Positions 42,536 to 51,895 are shown, numbered from the stretch's first letter. The stretch is DNA of 56,278 nucleotides from Candidatus Moraniibacteriota bacterium (GCA_029865125.1 JAOUHN010000003.1:1-56278), one strand, 5' to 3'. Notes: generated from the sequence alone by a model not told the origin. Numbers and translations: made by a program.

Positions 42536-43531
42536 ATGAGATTATTAGTAACAGGTGGAGCGGGGTTTATTGGTGCGAATTTTGTGTATCATATTTTGGA
42601 AAAATATCCGGAGTATGAAATTGTTAATTTAGATGCACTCACTTATGCTGGGAATTTGGAGAACTTGAAAGATATTGAAAATAATCCAAATTATGAATTT
42701 GTGAAAGGTGACATTTGTGACAAGGAGCTCATGATGGATTTGGTTTCAAAAGTGGACGCAGTGGTTCATTTTGCAGCTGAGTCTCATGTGGATCGATCCA
42801 TTTTGGACAGTGATTCTTTTGTCAAAACCAATGTGCTCGGAACACTTTCCCTTTTGGAAGCTGCAAAAAACAATGGTCTCAAAAGATTTCATCACGTTTC
42901 AACTGATGAGGTGTATGGCTCTTTGGAGAAAGATGATCCAGCTTTCAATGAGAAAACTCCCTATGATCCGAGAAGTCCATATAGTGCTTCAAAGGCTTCA
43001 TCTGATCATTTGGTGAGAGCATACTATCACACGCATGATTTGCCGATTACGATTTCAAACTGTTCAAACAACTACGGTCCATATCAATTTCCAGAAAAGT
43101 TGATTCCTCTTTTTGTGACAAATTTGATTGAGGGAAAAAAAGTTCCAGTGTATGGCACAGGAGAAAATGTTCGAGATTGGTTGCATGTCAAAGATCATTG
43201 CGAAGCAATTGACAGAATTCTTCATGACGGAAAAATCGGTGAGACATATTGCGTGGGAGGAAATGCGGAAAAGACGAATATGGAAATTACTCATGAAATT
43301 TTGAAAGCTATGAAAGCTGGAGAGGAAATGATTGAACACATCGAAGATAGAAAAGGACATGACAAGCGATATGCTATTGATTTTTCAAAAATCAAAAGTG
43401 AACTCGGATGGGAGCCACAAGTTTCTTTTGAGGATGGCATCGAAGAGACGATTGAGTGGTACAAGAACAATGAGGATTGGTGGAAAAGAATTAAATCAGG
43501 AGAATATCAAGAATATCAAAAAGCAAAGTAG
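42536..43531 (+). CDS. rfbB: dTDP-glucose 4,6-dehydratase
   Basis: LVTGGAGFIG, STDEVYG and YSASK motifs. Confidence 0.93.
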   Translation: MRLLVTGGAGFIGANFVYHILEKYPEYEIVNLDALTYAGNLENLKDIENNPNYEFVKGDICDKELMMDLVSKVDAVVHFAAESHVDRSILDSDSFVKTNVLGTLSLLEAAKNNGLKRFHHVSTDEVYGSLEKDDPAFNEKTPYDPRSPYSASKASSDHLVRAYYHTHDLPITISNCSNNYGPYQFPEKLIPLFVTNLIEGKKVPVYGTGENVRDWLHVKDHCEAIDRILHDGKIGETYCVGGNAEKTNMEITHEILKAMKAGEEMIEHIEDRKGHDKRYAIDFSKIKSELGWEPQVSFEDGIEETIEWYKNNEDWWKRIKSGEYQEYQKAK

Positions 43532-43544
43532 ATTTTAGAAAATA

Positions 43545-44573
43545 ATGAAAAAATACGACGTTGTTATTGTTGGCGCAGGTCCCGGAGGACTTAGGTGTGC
43601 TGAAGTGCTCTCTGAATCTGGAAAGAGTGTTTTGCTGCTGGAAAAAAACAGCGAGATTGGTCCAAAGGTTTGTGCTGGAGGAATCACCAGAAAATGTTTT
43701 GAATTTCTGGGTAAACCAAATGACATTATAGGAAGGTCTTTTGATGATATTATTTTCAAGAAATTTGGCGCACAGACAAGACTTGATTCTGGAGAAAAGT
43801 TTGTTCATACAGTCAAGAGAGATGTTTTGGGAAAATGGCAGTTAAAACGGTTGCAAGGCTCTTCTGTTGAAGTGAGAACAGGAGTTGAGGTGAAAAAAAT
43901 TAGCGACGAATGCATTATAACTGGAGAAAATGAAAGAATAGAATATGAATATCTCGTTGGAGCGGATGGATCAAGTTCCATTGTTAGAAAATATCTAGGA
44001 CTAAAAACCATTTTCATTGGACTGGCTTTTCATTATATTATTCCTGCAAATAAAAGATTTGAGAATATTGAAATATTTTTTGATTCAAAACTCTTTTACT
44101 CTTGGTACTCTTGGATATTTCCTCATGATGACTATGTTTCTGTTGGGTTTGGATGTTTTCCAAAAACGATGACTGTGAAAAAAGCCAAAAAAAATCTTGA
44201 TGATTGGCTTGAAAAAATGAAAATTGATGTTGCAGAAGGAGAATTTGAAGCGCACATGATTAATTGTGATTATCGAGGATTTCATTTTGGAAACGTTTTT
44301 TTGATTGGTGATGCGGCAGGGTTTGCTTCTGGATTCACGGGAGAGGGGATATATCAAGCTCTTGTTTCCGGTGATGATGTCGCAAGAATTATTCTGGACA
44401 AAAAGCATAAACCCAGGTTGATAAAGGAAATATTATTGGAAAGAAGAATTCATCATGCTATGCTTCTAGTTGTGATGATATCGGGAATTTTTAGAGATAC
44501 GATCTTCTCTTTGATAATGTGGTCAACAAAAAATAAATATGTGGCCAGATTTCTTTTAAGTGTGTTGACGTAA
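43545..44573 (+). CDS. FAD-dependent oxidoreductase, geranylgeranyl-reductase family
   Basis: YDVVIVGAGPGGLRCA ... LLLEKN ... KVCAGGI N-terminus and a C-terminal GDAAGF motif. Confidence 0.75.
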   Translation: MKKYDVVIVGAGPGGLRCAEVLSESGKSVLLLEKNSEIGPKVCAGGITRKCFEFLGKPNDIIGRSFDDIIFKKFGAQTRLDSGEKFVHTVKRDVLGKWQLKRLQGSSVEVRTGVEVKKISDECIITGENERIEYEYLVGADGSSSIVRKYLGLKTIFIGLAFHYIIPANKRFENIEIFFDSKLFYSWYSWIFPHDDYVSVGFGCFPKTMTVKKAKKNLDDWLEKMKIDVAEGEFEAHMINCDYRGFHFGNVFLIGDAAGFASGFTGEGIYQALVSGDDVARIILDKKHKPRLIKEILLERRIHHAMLLVVMISGIFRDTIFSLIMWSTKNKYVARFLLSVLT

Positions 44574-44595
44574 TAAATATAAATTTTAAAATATT

Positions 44596-45537
44596 ATGAA
44601 AAAAGTTTTGATAATTGGTTCCAAGGGGATGTTGGGACAGGAGTTGATTTCTGTTTTTGAAGAGGATAGTGATTTTGAAGTGACTGGATGGGACAGAGAA
44701 GACATTGATGTGACTGACAAAAAAGATGCTCAGGAAAAAATTGAGAAATTGAAGCCAGAGATTATTTTGAATGCCGCGGCATACAACGCGGTGGATCTTT
44801 GTGAAGAGGATGACAAAGAATTTGAAAAAGCAAAGAGCCTTAATGGAACTGCACCAGGAAACTTGGCGGAAATTGCCAAAGGAATTGATGCGGTGTTTGT
44901 GCACTATTCAACGGACTATGTTTTCGGGAAAAACATGCCAGAAATTCCAGAGCCGAAAGGTTGCAGTGGAAATTGCGGAGGGTGCGGTCTTCATGAAAAT
45001 TTTGAGCCAGAAATTGGATTCGAGGAGGATGATGAACCCTCACCAGTGAATCGCTATGGAGAATCTAAGCTCTTGGGAGAAAAAGAGGTTGAAAAGAAAG
45101 GAAAGAAATATTACATTGTGCGACTTTCAAAGCTGTTTGGAAAACCTGGGTCAGCAGATGGTGCCAAGAAAAGTTTTTTTGATGTGATGCTTGAGGCTGG
45201 AAAAAAGAATAAGGAAGTAAAGGCGGTGGATGAAGAGACGAGTTGCTTCACATATGCACCTGATTTGGCAAGAAAGACAAAAGAAATCATTGAGTCTAAA
45301 AAAGAGTTTGGCGTGTATCACATTGTGAACAGTGATTCTTGCACATGGTATGAAGCAGTAGTGGAATTGTACAAGCAAGCAGGAATCAAAACAAAAGTGA
45401 TTCCAGTTTCTGGTGATGAATTTCCGCGACCTGCGACAAGACCATTTTTCTCAGTACTTCTGAACAAAAAGCTCAATCCCCTCAGAAGCTACAAGGAAGC
45501 TCTTTCTGAATATCTTGAATTAGTGAATAAGGATTAA
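44596..45537 (+). CDS. rfbD: dTDP-4-dehydrorhamnose reductase with a Cys-rich insertion of about 24 aa
   Basis: IIGSKGMLG, STDYVF and YGESK motifs. GCSGNCGGCG is inserted between STDYVF and YGESK. Confidence 0.85.
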   Translation: MKKVLIIGSKGMLGQELISVFEEDSDFEVTGWDREDIDVTDKKDAQEKIEKLKPEIILNAAAYNAVDLCEEDDKEFEKAKSLNGTAPGNLAEIAKGIDAVFVHYSTDYVFGKNMPEIPEPKGCSGNCGGCGLHENFEPEIGFEEDDEPSPVNRYGESKLLGEKEVEKKGKKYYIVRLSKLFGKPGSADGAKKSFFDVMLEAGKKNKEVKAVDEETSCFTYAPDLARKTKEIIESKKEFGVYHIVNSDSCTWYEAVVELYKQAGIKTKVIPVSGDEFPRPATRPFFSVLLNKKLNPLRSYKEALSEYLELVNKD

Positions 45538-45540
45538 AAA

Positions 45541-45606
45541 GCAAGTGATCAATAAGTGGTAATTAGTAGTTAGTGAGTAAGGGGTAATGAGTAATACTGG
45601 TGAATA
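45541..45606 (+). repeat. degenerate heptad array GTARTNA (the complement of the TAATTAC family) just after the rfbD stop
   Basis: gtaatta gtagtta gtga gtaaggg gtaatga gtaatac. Confidence 0.7.
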
Positions 45607-45750
45607 ACAATACCATCCTCCATAGACCACTACACACCTAATGTTGGGTGGTTAATTGGGAATGGCACAATTGGTATTTTTTTGAAAACTTAATAGAGGT
45701 AAGAGAAAATTAAAAGACCAAAGAAATTAAATTTCGACAGAGTCTATCTC

Positions 45751-45803
45751 AAAATGAGCTTAATACTACCACGCACTAGTGCGTGGTAATGTGTGACCAT
45801 TTT
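45751..45803 (+). promoter_or_regulatory. about 50-bp repeat, copy 1, containing a 22-bp perfect palindrome (45767..45788); candidate operator or hairpin
   Basis: aaaatgagcttaatactaccacgcactagtgcgtggtaatgtgtgaccatttt. The palindrome taccacgcactagtgcgtggta ends 47 nt upstream of the YerC-like start. Confidence 0.5.
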
Positions 45804-45834
45804 GAAAGTAATTAGATAATAATTAATTTATTAG

Positions 45835-46359
45835 ATGGATATGTCAAATTCTAAAAAATTATCGAAAGAGGAGATTGGAGAAATTTTTTACAAACTATCG
45901 TTGGCGGTTTCAAAAACAAAAAAGGTAGATGAGGCAGTGGCACTTCTTCGTGATTTGCTTTCTATTAAGGAAGTAGAAATGATCGCAAAGAGGCTGAAAA
46001 TAGCGGAGCTTTTGTTGGATAATCACTCTTATGAGGACATTAGGGAGGCATTAGGTGTTGGATATGGCACAATATCGAGAGTTCAAGAGTGGTTGAATAT
46101 TTCTGGGGATGGATATAGATTGGCTGTAAATAGAGTTAAAAATAAGGGGTTTGATTTTGAGAATGATTGTCCTGTAGTGGATTTGAATTCCATAAAGAAG
46201 CGTTACCCAATGTATTATTGGCCAGAAATTGTATTGGAGAATATTGTTAAAAACTCAAATAAAAAGCAAAAAGATAAGCTCAGAAGAGTCATTACTGAGA
46301 TGGATAAAATGAAAGAAAAAAATGAACTTTTTCGTAAATTAAAAAACTTAATAAAATGA
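45835..46359 (+). CDS. TrpR-like YerC/YecD family DNA-binding protein with a C-terminal extension
   Basis: LLRDLLSIKEVEMIAKRLKIAELL ... SYEDIREALGVGYGTISRVQEWL is the helix-turn-helix region of the TrpR/YerC family. Confidence 0.75.
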   Translation: MDMSNSKKLSKEEIGEIFYKLSLAVSKTKKVDEAVALLRDLLSIKEVEMIAKRLKIAELLLDNHSYEDIREALGVGYGTISRVQEWLNISGDGYRLAVNRVKNKGFDFENDCPVVDLNSIKKRYPMYYWPEIVLENIVKNSNKKQKDKLRRVITEMDKMKEKNELFRKLKNLIK

Positions 46360-46407
46360 GCTCAACAATACCACACTCTAGTGTGTGGTAATGTGTGACC
46401 GTTTTTT
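46353..46407 (+). repeat. about 50-bp repeat, copy 2, containing a 22-bp palindrome with one mismatch (46369..46390); overlaps the YerC-like stop codon
   Basis: aaaatgagctcaacaataccacactctagtgtgtggtaatgtgtgaccgtttttt. The G-to-A and C-to-T changes relative to copy 1 preserve the pairing. Confidence 0.8.
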
Positions 46408-46448
46408 CTAGGTGAGCTAGTGATGAATGATTGGCAGTGAATAAAAAG

Positions 46449-46490
46449 AGCGACCGGGATATCCATGTGGATTCCCGGTCGTTTTGCTCT
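46449..46490. terminator. bidirectional terminator
   Basis: gagcgaccggga tatccatgtggat tcccggtcgttttgctc. Confidence 0.7.
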
Positions 46491-46500
46491 CAAAAGAGGC

Positions 46501-47016
46501 CTAGGAGATGAACGGAATGTTCATTCTCCGAAGTTCTCTTCGAATGTAATCGAGCTCATCGGTGTTGAATTGGACTGATCTCAAAAAGGCAATGTCATGA
46601 TCTTTAAGAGTGCTTCCGCACATGCGAGATTCTTCTTGAATAGGGGATCGATCCGAGATTAATTGCAAATTATAGGACTTGCCGGTGCTTTTGTGAAATT
46701 GGCAAATAGTATTAATTTGCGTGAGAATTCTGATGATTGACTGAGTTGTCATTTCCAATGCTAAATGAACAGCATTGCCTTGTAATGCTATTTTGTCCCA
46801 ATCTTTAAATTTACTTGAGATAGTAATCTCAAGATTAGGACACCACATAGCACTCCATTCATTATCAACTTCGCTTAAGGTCATCTCACTGGATATGTTT
46901 GGGGAGCCATTGCTGAGATTAATAGTTTGAGCACCCAATATTTCATCTTTTCTTTTGAAAATCAAAATGGTTGGGTATTTCCATGCAAACAAAGCTTGTT
47001 GTGTTGTTTGAGGCAT
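46501..47016 (-). CDS. orphan hypothetical protein (171 aa)
   Basis: Minus-strand ORF with AAGGAG 6 nt upstream of its ATG and its own terminator. No family recognised. Confidence 0.65.
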   Translation of the reverse strand: MPQTTQQALFAWKYPTILIFKRKDEILGAQTINLSNGSPNISSEMTLSEVDNEWSAMWCPNLEITISSKFKDWDKIALQGNAVHLALEMTTQSIIRILTQINTICQFHKSTGKSYNLQLISDRSPIQEESRMCGSTLKDHDIAFLRSVQFNTDELDYIRRELRRMNIPFIS

Positions 47017-47135
47017 GCTTCTCTCCTTACAGATAGCAGGTTTGTGAAATAACTGGCTTTTGACTTGGAATTATCCTAGCATGGTAGTATAATAAAATCA
47101 ATAAAAAACCAATAAGATAGTTGGTTTCCATAGGA

Positions 47136-47164
47136 GGGGATCCTGAAACAAGTTCAGGATGACA
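47136..47164 (+). repeat. family A right arm only
   Basis: ggggatcctgaaacaagttcaggatgaca. Confidence 0.75.
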
Positions 47165-47209
47165 GACTAACGTTGTTGGGAATGTAATTATTAAACAGAA
47201 AACAAAGAT

Positions 47210-48451
47210 ATGAATTTGAAAAATTTGAAAAAGACTGATTCAAAGGTGTATGAGGCAACGAAAAATGAGCTAAAAAGACAAGAGGAGGGATTGGAGATGA
47301 TTGCCTCTGAGAACTATGTTTCCAAATCTGTTTTGGAAGCACTTGGGACAGTGTTTACTAACAAGTATTCAGAAGGATATCCAGGGAGAAGATATTATGG
47401 AGGACAGGAATACACTGATGTTGTGGAGAGCTTGGCAATTGAAAGGGCGAAAAAGCTTTTTGGAGCACAGCATGTGAATGTTCAACCTCACTCAGGGGCT
47501 CCTGCAAACATGATTGCATACAGCGCTGTTTTGAAACCAGGAGACAAAATTTTGGGAATGGATCTTTCACATGGAGGTCATTTGACTCATGGTCATCCAG
47601 TGACGCTTTCTGCACAGATCTACAAATTCATCGGATACAAAACCGGAAAGGATGGAAAAATTGATTATGACGAGCTGGAAAAAATGGCCATCAAAGAAAA
47701 GCCAAAAATGATTTTGGCTGGTTTTTCAGCGTATACAAGAAATTTGAATTATAAAAGATTTCGTCAAATTGCAAACAAAGTGGATGCAATTTTGATGATT
47801 GATATCGCGCACATCGCGGGGCTCATCGCGGGAGGAGCAATTACGAACCCTGTGCCATTTTTTGATATTGTCACAACTACCACGCACAAAACTCTAAGAG
47901 GACCTCGTGGTGGAATGATTCTTTGCAAAGAAGAATATGCAAAAGCAATTGACAAAGCTACTTTTCCCGGATTTCAAGGAGGACCACACATGAACAATAT
48001 CGCAGCCAAAGCTGTGGCTTTTGGAGAAGCTCTCAAGCCATCTTTTAAGAAATATGCTGTTCAAGTTATTTCAAATGCAAAGGTACTGGAAAAAGAATTA
48101 AGTGGATATGGCCTCAAAATGATGTTTGGTGGAACTGACAATCACATGGTTTTGGTAGATGTTTTTGGAAGCAAGGGAGTGACTGGAAAAGAAGCGGAAG
48201 TTGCATTGGACAAAATTGGAATTACTGTGAACAAAAACATGATTCCAGATGATCCAAGAAGTCCAATGGACCCAAGTGGAATTAGAATTGGAACTCCTGC
48301 AATCACAACAAGAGGAATGAAAGAGGAGGAGACCAGAAAAATTGCTAACTGGATTAATGCGGCTATTGAAAATCACGATGATGAAAAAGTTTTGAAGATG
48401 ATTCACAGAGAAGTGAAAGCGCTTTGCAAGAAATTCCCTTTATATAGATAA
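47210..48451 (+). CDS. glyA: serine hydroxymethyltransferase
   Basis: IASENYVS, GYPGRRYYGG and TTTTHKTLRGPRGG motifs. Confidence 0.94.
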   Translation: MNLKNLKKTDSKVYEATKNELKRQEEGLEMIASENYVSKSVLEALGTVFTNKYSEGYPGRRYYGGQEYTDVVESLAIERAKKLFGAQHVNVQPHSGAPANMIAYSAVLKPGDKILGMDLSHGGHLTHGHPVTLSAQIYKFIGYKTGKDGKIDYDELEKMAIKEKPKMILAGFSAYTRNLNYKRFRQIANKVDAILMIDIAHIAGLIAGGAITNPVPFFDIVTTTTHKTLRGPRGGMILCKEEYAKAIDKATFPGFQGGPHMNNIAAKAVAFGEALKPSFKKYAVQVISNAKVLEKELSGYGLKMMFGGTDNHMVLVDVFGSKGVTGKEAEVALDKIGITVNKNMIPDDPRSPMDPSGIRIGTPAITTRGMKEEETRKIANWINAAIENHDDEKVLKMIHREVKALCKKFPLYR

Positions 48452-48480
48452 GAAAAGAGAGGTGAGATTTGAGATAGAGA
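48452..48480 (+). repeat. four heptads GANNNGA immediately after the glyA stop
   Basis: gaaaaga gaggtga gatttga gatagag. Confidence 0.75.
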
Positions 48481-48512
48481 AAATAAAAATTAATTTTTTA
48501 TTCAATAAAAAA

Positions 48513-48752
48513 ATGAAAAGTTTAGCTCAACAACAATTCTATGTTTTGCTTTTTGGAACCGTTTTTGCTTGGGTCAATTTTGGGCGAGAATTGAATGATT
48601 GGCTTCATCACAGAGCTTGCACAACAGGATGTCCTGTGGGAATGACTAACCCATTTTTGACTCCTTGTTTCTTCGGAGCATTATTTTTCACAATTGCTCT
48701 TGTGTATAGTTTTTTGATTTTCAAAAAAGCTTCCGGAGAACAAGCTGAATAA
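48513..48752 (+). CDS. small membrane protein (79 aa) of unknown function
   Basis: Two hydrophobic helices flank CTTGCPVG. The ORF track starts at 48462 inside the heptad array, so ATG 48513 is preferred. Confidence 0.5.
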   Translation: MKSLAQQQFYVLLFGTVFAWVNFGRELNDWLHHRACTTGCPVGMTNPFLTPCFFGALFFTIALVYSFLIFKKASGEQAE

Positions 48753-48844
48753 TTGCTTTGCAAAAAGATGAAAAAATGGTTAGAATTGGAGTATGTGAAA
48801 AATAAGTGTTAAAAATAGACAAAATGACAAAGAGAAAAAAGAAA

Positions 48845-49648
48845 ATGAAAGGAATTATTTTGGCGGGTGGAAATGCCACGAGATTGTATCCAAATACAGC
48901 TCAGGTTTCGAAGCATCTTTTGCCGGTGTATAAGGCGCCAATGATTTTCTATCCATTGAATATTTTGATTAAAGCTGGAATTAGGGATATTTTGGTGATT
49001 GTTTCTCCAGCGCACAGCGGAAGATTTCTGAATCTTTTGGAGCCAATGTTTCGTGATTATGGCGTTCGAATTCTTTCAACCGTTCAAGAAATTCCAAGTG
49101 GTCTTCCAGAAGCTTTCAAATTAGGAGAAGGTTTCATTGGAAATGATGACGTCACTCTTATTTTGGGAGACAATATCTTTGAGGATACCGAAACGATTTC
49201 AGAGGCTATCAAAAACTTTGAGTCAGGTGGTCACGTTTTTGCCAAAAAAGTTTCTGATCCGGAAAGGTTCGGAGTTGTTTCGTTTGATGAGGCGGGAACC
49301 GTGAAAAGCATTGTTGAAAAACCAGAAAAACCAGAGAGCAATTTTGCAGTGACAGGAGCATATATCTATGACAATAGAGTTGTTGATGAGGCTGCAAATC
49401 TCAAGCCTTCTTCTCGAGGAGAATTGGAAATCGTGGATCTTCATAATTTCTATCTCAAAAAAGGAGAGCTGAAAATGAGTATCATTGAAGGTGCTTGGGT
49501 GGATGCTGGAACTGAGGATTCATATCTAGACGTTTGTATTTTGGCCAGAGAAAAAGAATTGTATGAAAATTTTGATCCGATCATCAAGGAAGCAATTGAA
49601 AAGGGAAGAGAAAGATTTAAAGCAATGTCTAAGAAAATGTTGAAATAG
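48845..49648 (+). CDS. rfbA: glucose-1-phosphate thymidylyltransferase-like sugar nucleotidyltransferase
   Basis: MKGIILAGGNATRLYP ... SKHLLPVY N-terminus. Alternative upstream starts at 48806 and 48824. Confidence 0.82.
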   Translation: MKGIILAGGNATRLYPNTAQVSKHLLPVYKAPMIFYPLNILIKAGIRDILVIVSPAHSGRFLNLLEPMFRDYGVRILSTVQEIPSGLPEAFKLGEGFIGNDDVTLILGDNIFEDTETISEAIKNFESGGHVFAKKVSDPERFGVVSFDEAGTVKSIVEKPEKPESNFAVTGAYIYDNRVVDEAANLKPSSRGELEIVDLHNFYLKKGELKMSIIEGAWVDAGTEDSYLDVCILAREKELYENFDPIIKEAIEKGRERFKAMSKKMLK

Positions 49649-49709
49649 TTAATAATTTTTTTCAAAAACAATAGCACGGGAGTGTTGTATGTTTGATGCA
49701 CATAAAATA

Positions 49710-50585
49710 ATGAAAATTCAGAAAATAAAAAAAGCAATTTTGCCAGTGGCTGGCTTTGGAACTAGATTTCTTCCAGCAACAAAAGCTCAGCCGAAAGAAA
49801 TGTTGCCAGTGGTGGACAAGCCAGTAATTCAATATCTTGTTGAAGAGGTCGTGGCTGCTGGAGTAGAAGAGGTCATTTTTGTGACTGGTCGTGGAAAGCG
49901 TGCTATTGAAGATCATTTTGATACTTCATTTGAATTAGAGCACACGCTGGTTGAAAAACACAAAAAAGATTTACTGGAAGCAGTAAGAACAATTTCAGGA
50001 CTTGCAAAATTTTCTTATGTGCGACAACCTTTGCCACTCGGAGATGGTCACGCTATTTTGCAAGCAGCCCATATTGTAGGTGATGAGCCAGCACTGGTTG
50101 TATTTGGAGATTGCTTGTATGACAGTGAAGTTCCAGCATCAACTCAGCTAATTGAATCTTTTGAGAGATATGGTGATCCAGTTATTGGACTTAGTGAGGT
50201 AGAAAAAAAAGAAGTTTCAAAATTTGGTGTGATTGATGGAGTGGAACTTGATGAAAAAACTTGGGAGGTTCGTGCTGTTGTGGAGAAGCCTGATCCAAAA
50301 GATGCACCAACGAATTTGGTGGCAGTTGGAAAATATATAATCACACCTGAGGTTTTCAAGACTTTATCCAAAATGAAATCTGGAAAATCAGGAGAGATTC
50401 GCTTGGCCGATGCTTTTGATATCATGCTCTCTGAGAATAAAGTGCTGTATGGAAGAATTTTAGAAGGAGAGTGGTTGGACACAGGAAACAAGCTTAACTT
50501 CATGAAAGCGTCAATTCATTTGGGTCTTAAGCATCCTGAAATTAAAGATGAGCTGAGAAAGTATTTGAAAAAAATGATGGCATAA
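49710..50585 (+). CDS. galU: UTP--glucose-1-phosphate uridylyltransferase
   Basis: KAILPVAGFGTRFLPATKAQPKEMLPVVDKPVIQY. The ORF track starts at 49689. Confidence 0.9.
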   Translation: MKIQKIKKAILPVAGFGTRFLPATKAQPKEMLPVVDKPVIQYLVEEVVAAGVEEVIFVTGRGKRAIEDHFDTSFELEHTLVEKHKKDLLEAVRTISGLAKFSYVRQPLPLGDGHAILQAAHIVGDEPALVVFGDCLYDSEVPASTQLIESFERYGDPVIGLSEVEKKEVSKFGVIDGVELDEKTWEVRAVVEKPDPKDAPTNLVAVGKYIITPEVFKTLSKMKSGKSGEIRLADAFDIMLSENKVLYGRILEGEWLDTGNKLNFMKASIHLGLKHPEIKDELRKYLKKMMA

Positions 50586-50602
50586 TTAGTTGATATTAAA
50601 AA

Positions 50603-51307
50603 ATGTATTGGATTTATCTGGTGTTATTCATTCTGATTGTTTTTATTCCAGGAAGTATTGTTGGCGATGTTGGATTTGTTGGTGAGGAAAAAGCAGAAGA
50701 AATTGCGATTTTTGCACTGGGCTCAATTGTAATGCTTCTTTTCATTTTCAAAGAAAAACAATTTCGATTTAATTTAAAAGAAAAAACAGAAATTCAAGAA
50801 GATTTTCACAAAACTTCACAAAGCCTTAGTAACTCCTATTCATATATCGGAGAAGCAAATAGAAAACTTGAAATTCTCAGGAAAATCTCTCTTGATCTCG
50901 CAAATGTTTCCAAGCTTGATGATGAGGACAAGCAAAGAATATTCATTGCAATCAGAGATGCAATAAAAGTTCTTTCGAAAAACAGTGAATTTGTGATTAA
51001 GTTTGTGAATACAAAAAACAAAGAAGTTATTGATAAAATTCCAGGATATCAAAAAAGTTTCAGTTGTGGAGTAGAGCGTGATATTAAAAATTCTTTTGAA
51101 AGTGAGAAAAGCATTGTTCAAGGAGAAAAATGTATCATTATTAAGTCAGCAGGAGAGATGGATGGAGTTGTGGTGATGGTAATTTTTCGGCATGATAACG
51201 GGAGTCTTCCTGAGAATGCAGAGCTCATTCAAACATTGGCTACTCAAGTGCTGTTTCTTTACACATCTAGCGATATTAAGAGGAATGTTTCCAAGATAAA
51301 GCAGTAA
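50603..51307 (+). CDS. hypothetical membrane protein (two N-terminal TM helices plus a cytoplasmic domain)
   Basis: 234 aa. No family recognised. Confidence 0.6.
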   Translation: MYWIYLVLFILIVFIPGSIVGDVGFVGEEKAEEIAIFALGSIVMLLFIFKEKQFRFNLKEKTEIQEDFHKTSQSLSNSYSYIGEANRKLEILRKISLDLANVSKLDDEDKQRIFIAIRDAIKVLSKNSEFVIKFVNTKNKEVIDKIPGYQKSFSCGVERDIKNSFESEKSIVQGEKCIIIKSAGEMDGVVVMVIFRHDNGSLPENAELIQTLATQVLFLYTSSDIKRNVSKIKQ

Positions 51308-51324
51308 ATTGTAAATTGAGATAT

Positions 51325-51353
51325 TTGACAAAAACTCGAAAATTGATTATAAT
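51325..51353 (+). promoter_or_regulatory. perfect-consensus sigma70 promoter (TTGACA-17-TATAAT) upstream of the KH-domain gene
   Basis: TTGACA 51325-51330 and TATAAT 51348-51353. Confidence 0.6.
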
Positions 51354-51440
51354 AGGGACGATGATATGAATTGGTCAAAATAAGCTTTTATTAAGCCAAA
51401 ATAGTGTTGTCACATAAGTAGTTAAGAATAAGAAAAAATT

Positions 51441-51788
51441 ATGACTGAAGAAAGAACAACAGATGCGGAGTTTATTGAGCAAGTTGTGAAAATGCTTGTA
51501 GACAATCCAGACGCTGTAAAAGTAGAAAGAAAGGTGGATGAAATGGGCGTTCTCATTAGCTTGGACGTAGCTCCAGAAGACATGGGAATGGTCATTGGAC
51601 GTGAAGGACAAACTGCGAAAGCTCTTAGAACTCTTTTGAGAGTTATTGGAGCAAGAAACAATGCTCGTGTAAACTTGAAGATTAATGAACCAGAAGGTTC
51701 AGAAAGAGCGAGAAGAGAAGATAAATCTGCAGGTTCAAGAGAAGCGAAAAGCATTGATGAAGTTGTAGAAGACATTAATAACTTATAA
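51441..51788 (+). CDS. khpA: KH-domain RNA-binding protein (KhpA/YlqC-like) with an acidic/basic C-terminal extension
   Basis: VVKMLVDNPDAVKV ... MGMVIGREGQTAKALRTLL. Confidence 0.75.
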   Translation: MTEERTTDAEFIEQVVKMLVDNPDAVKVERKVDEMGVLISLDVAPEDMGMVIGREGQTAKALRTLLRVIGARNNARVNLKINEPEGSERARREDKSAGSREAKSIDEVVEDINNL

Positions 51789-51812
51789 GTCTCATTTCGA
51801 CTTTAGATATAT

Positions 51813-51848
51813 AAAAAACGTTCCGTTTTGCGGAGCGTTTTTTTGTTT
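51813..51848 (+). terminator. intrinsic terminator
   Basis: aaaaacgttccg ttttg cggagcgttttttt. Confidence 0.7.
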
Positions 51849-51895
51849 TGAAAAAAGTAAGTTTAGCAAAAAATATGCTATGCAATTTATGCCTT

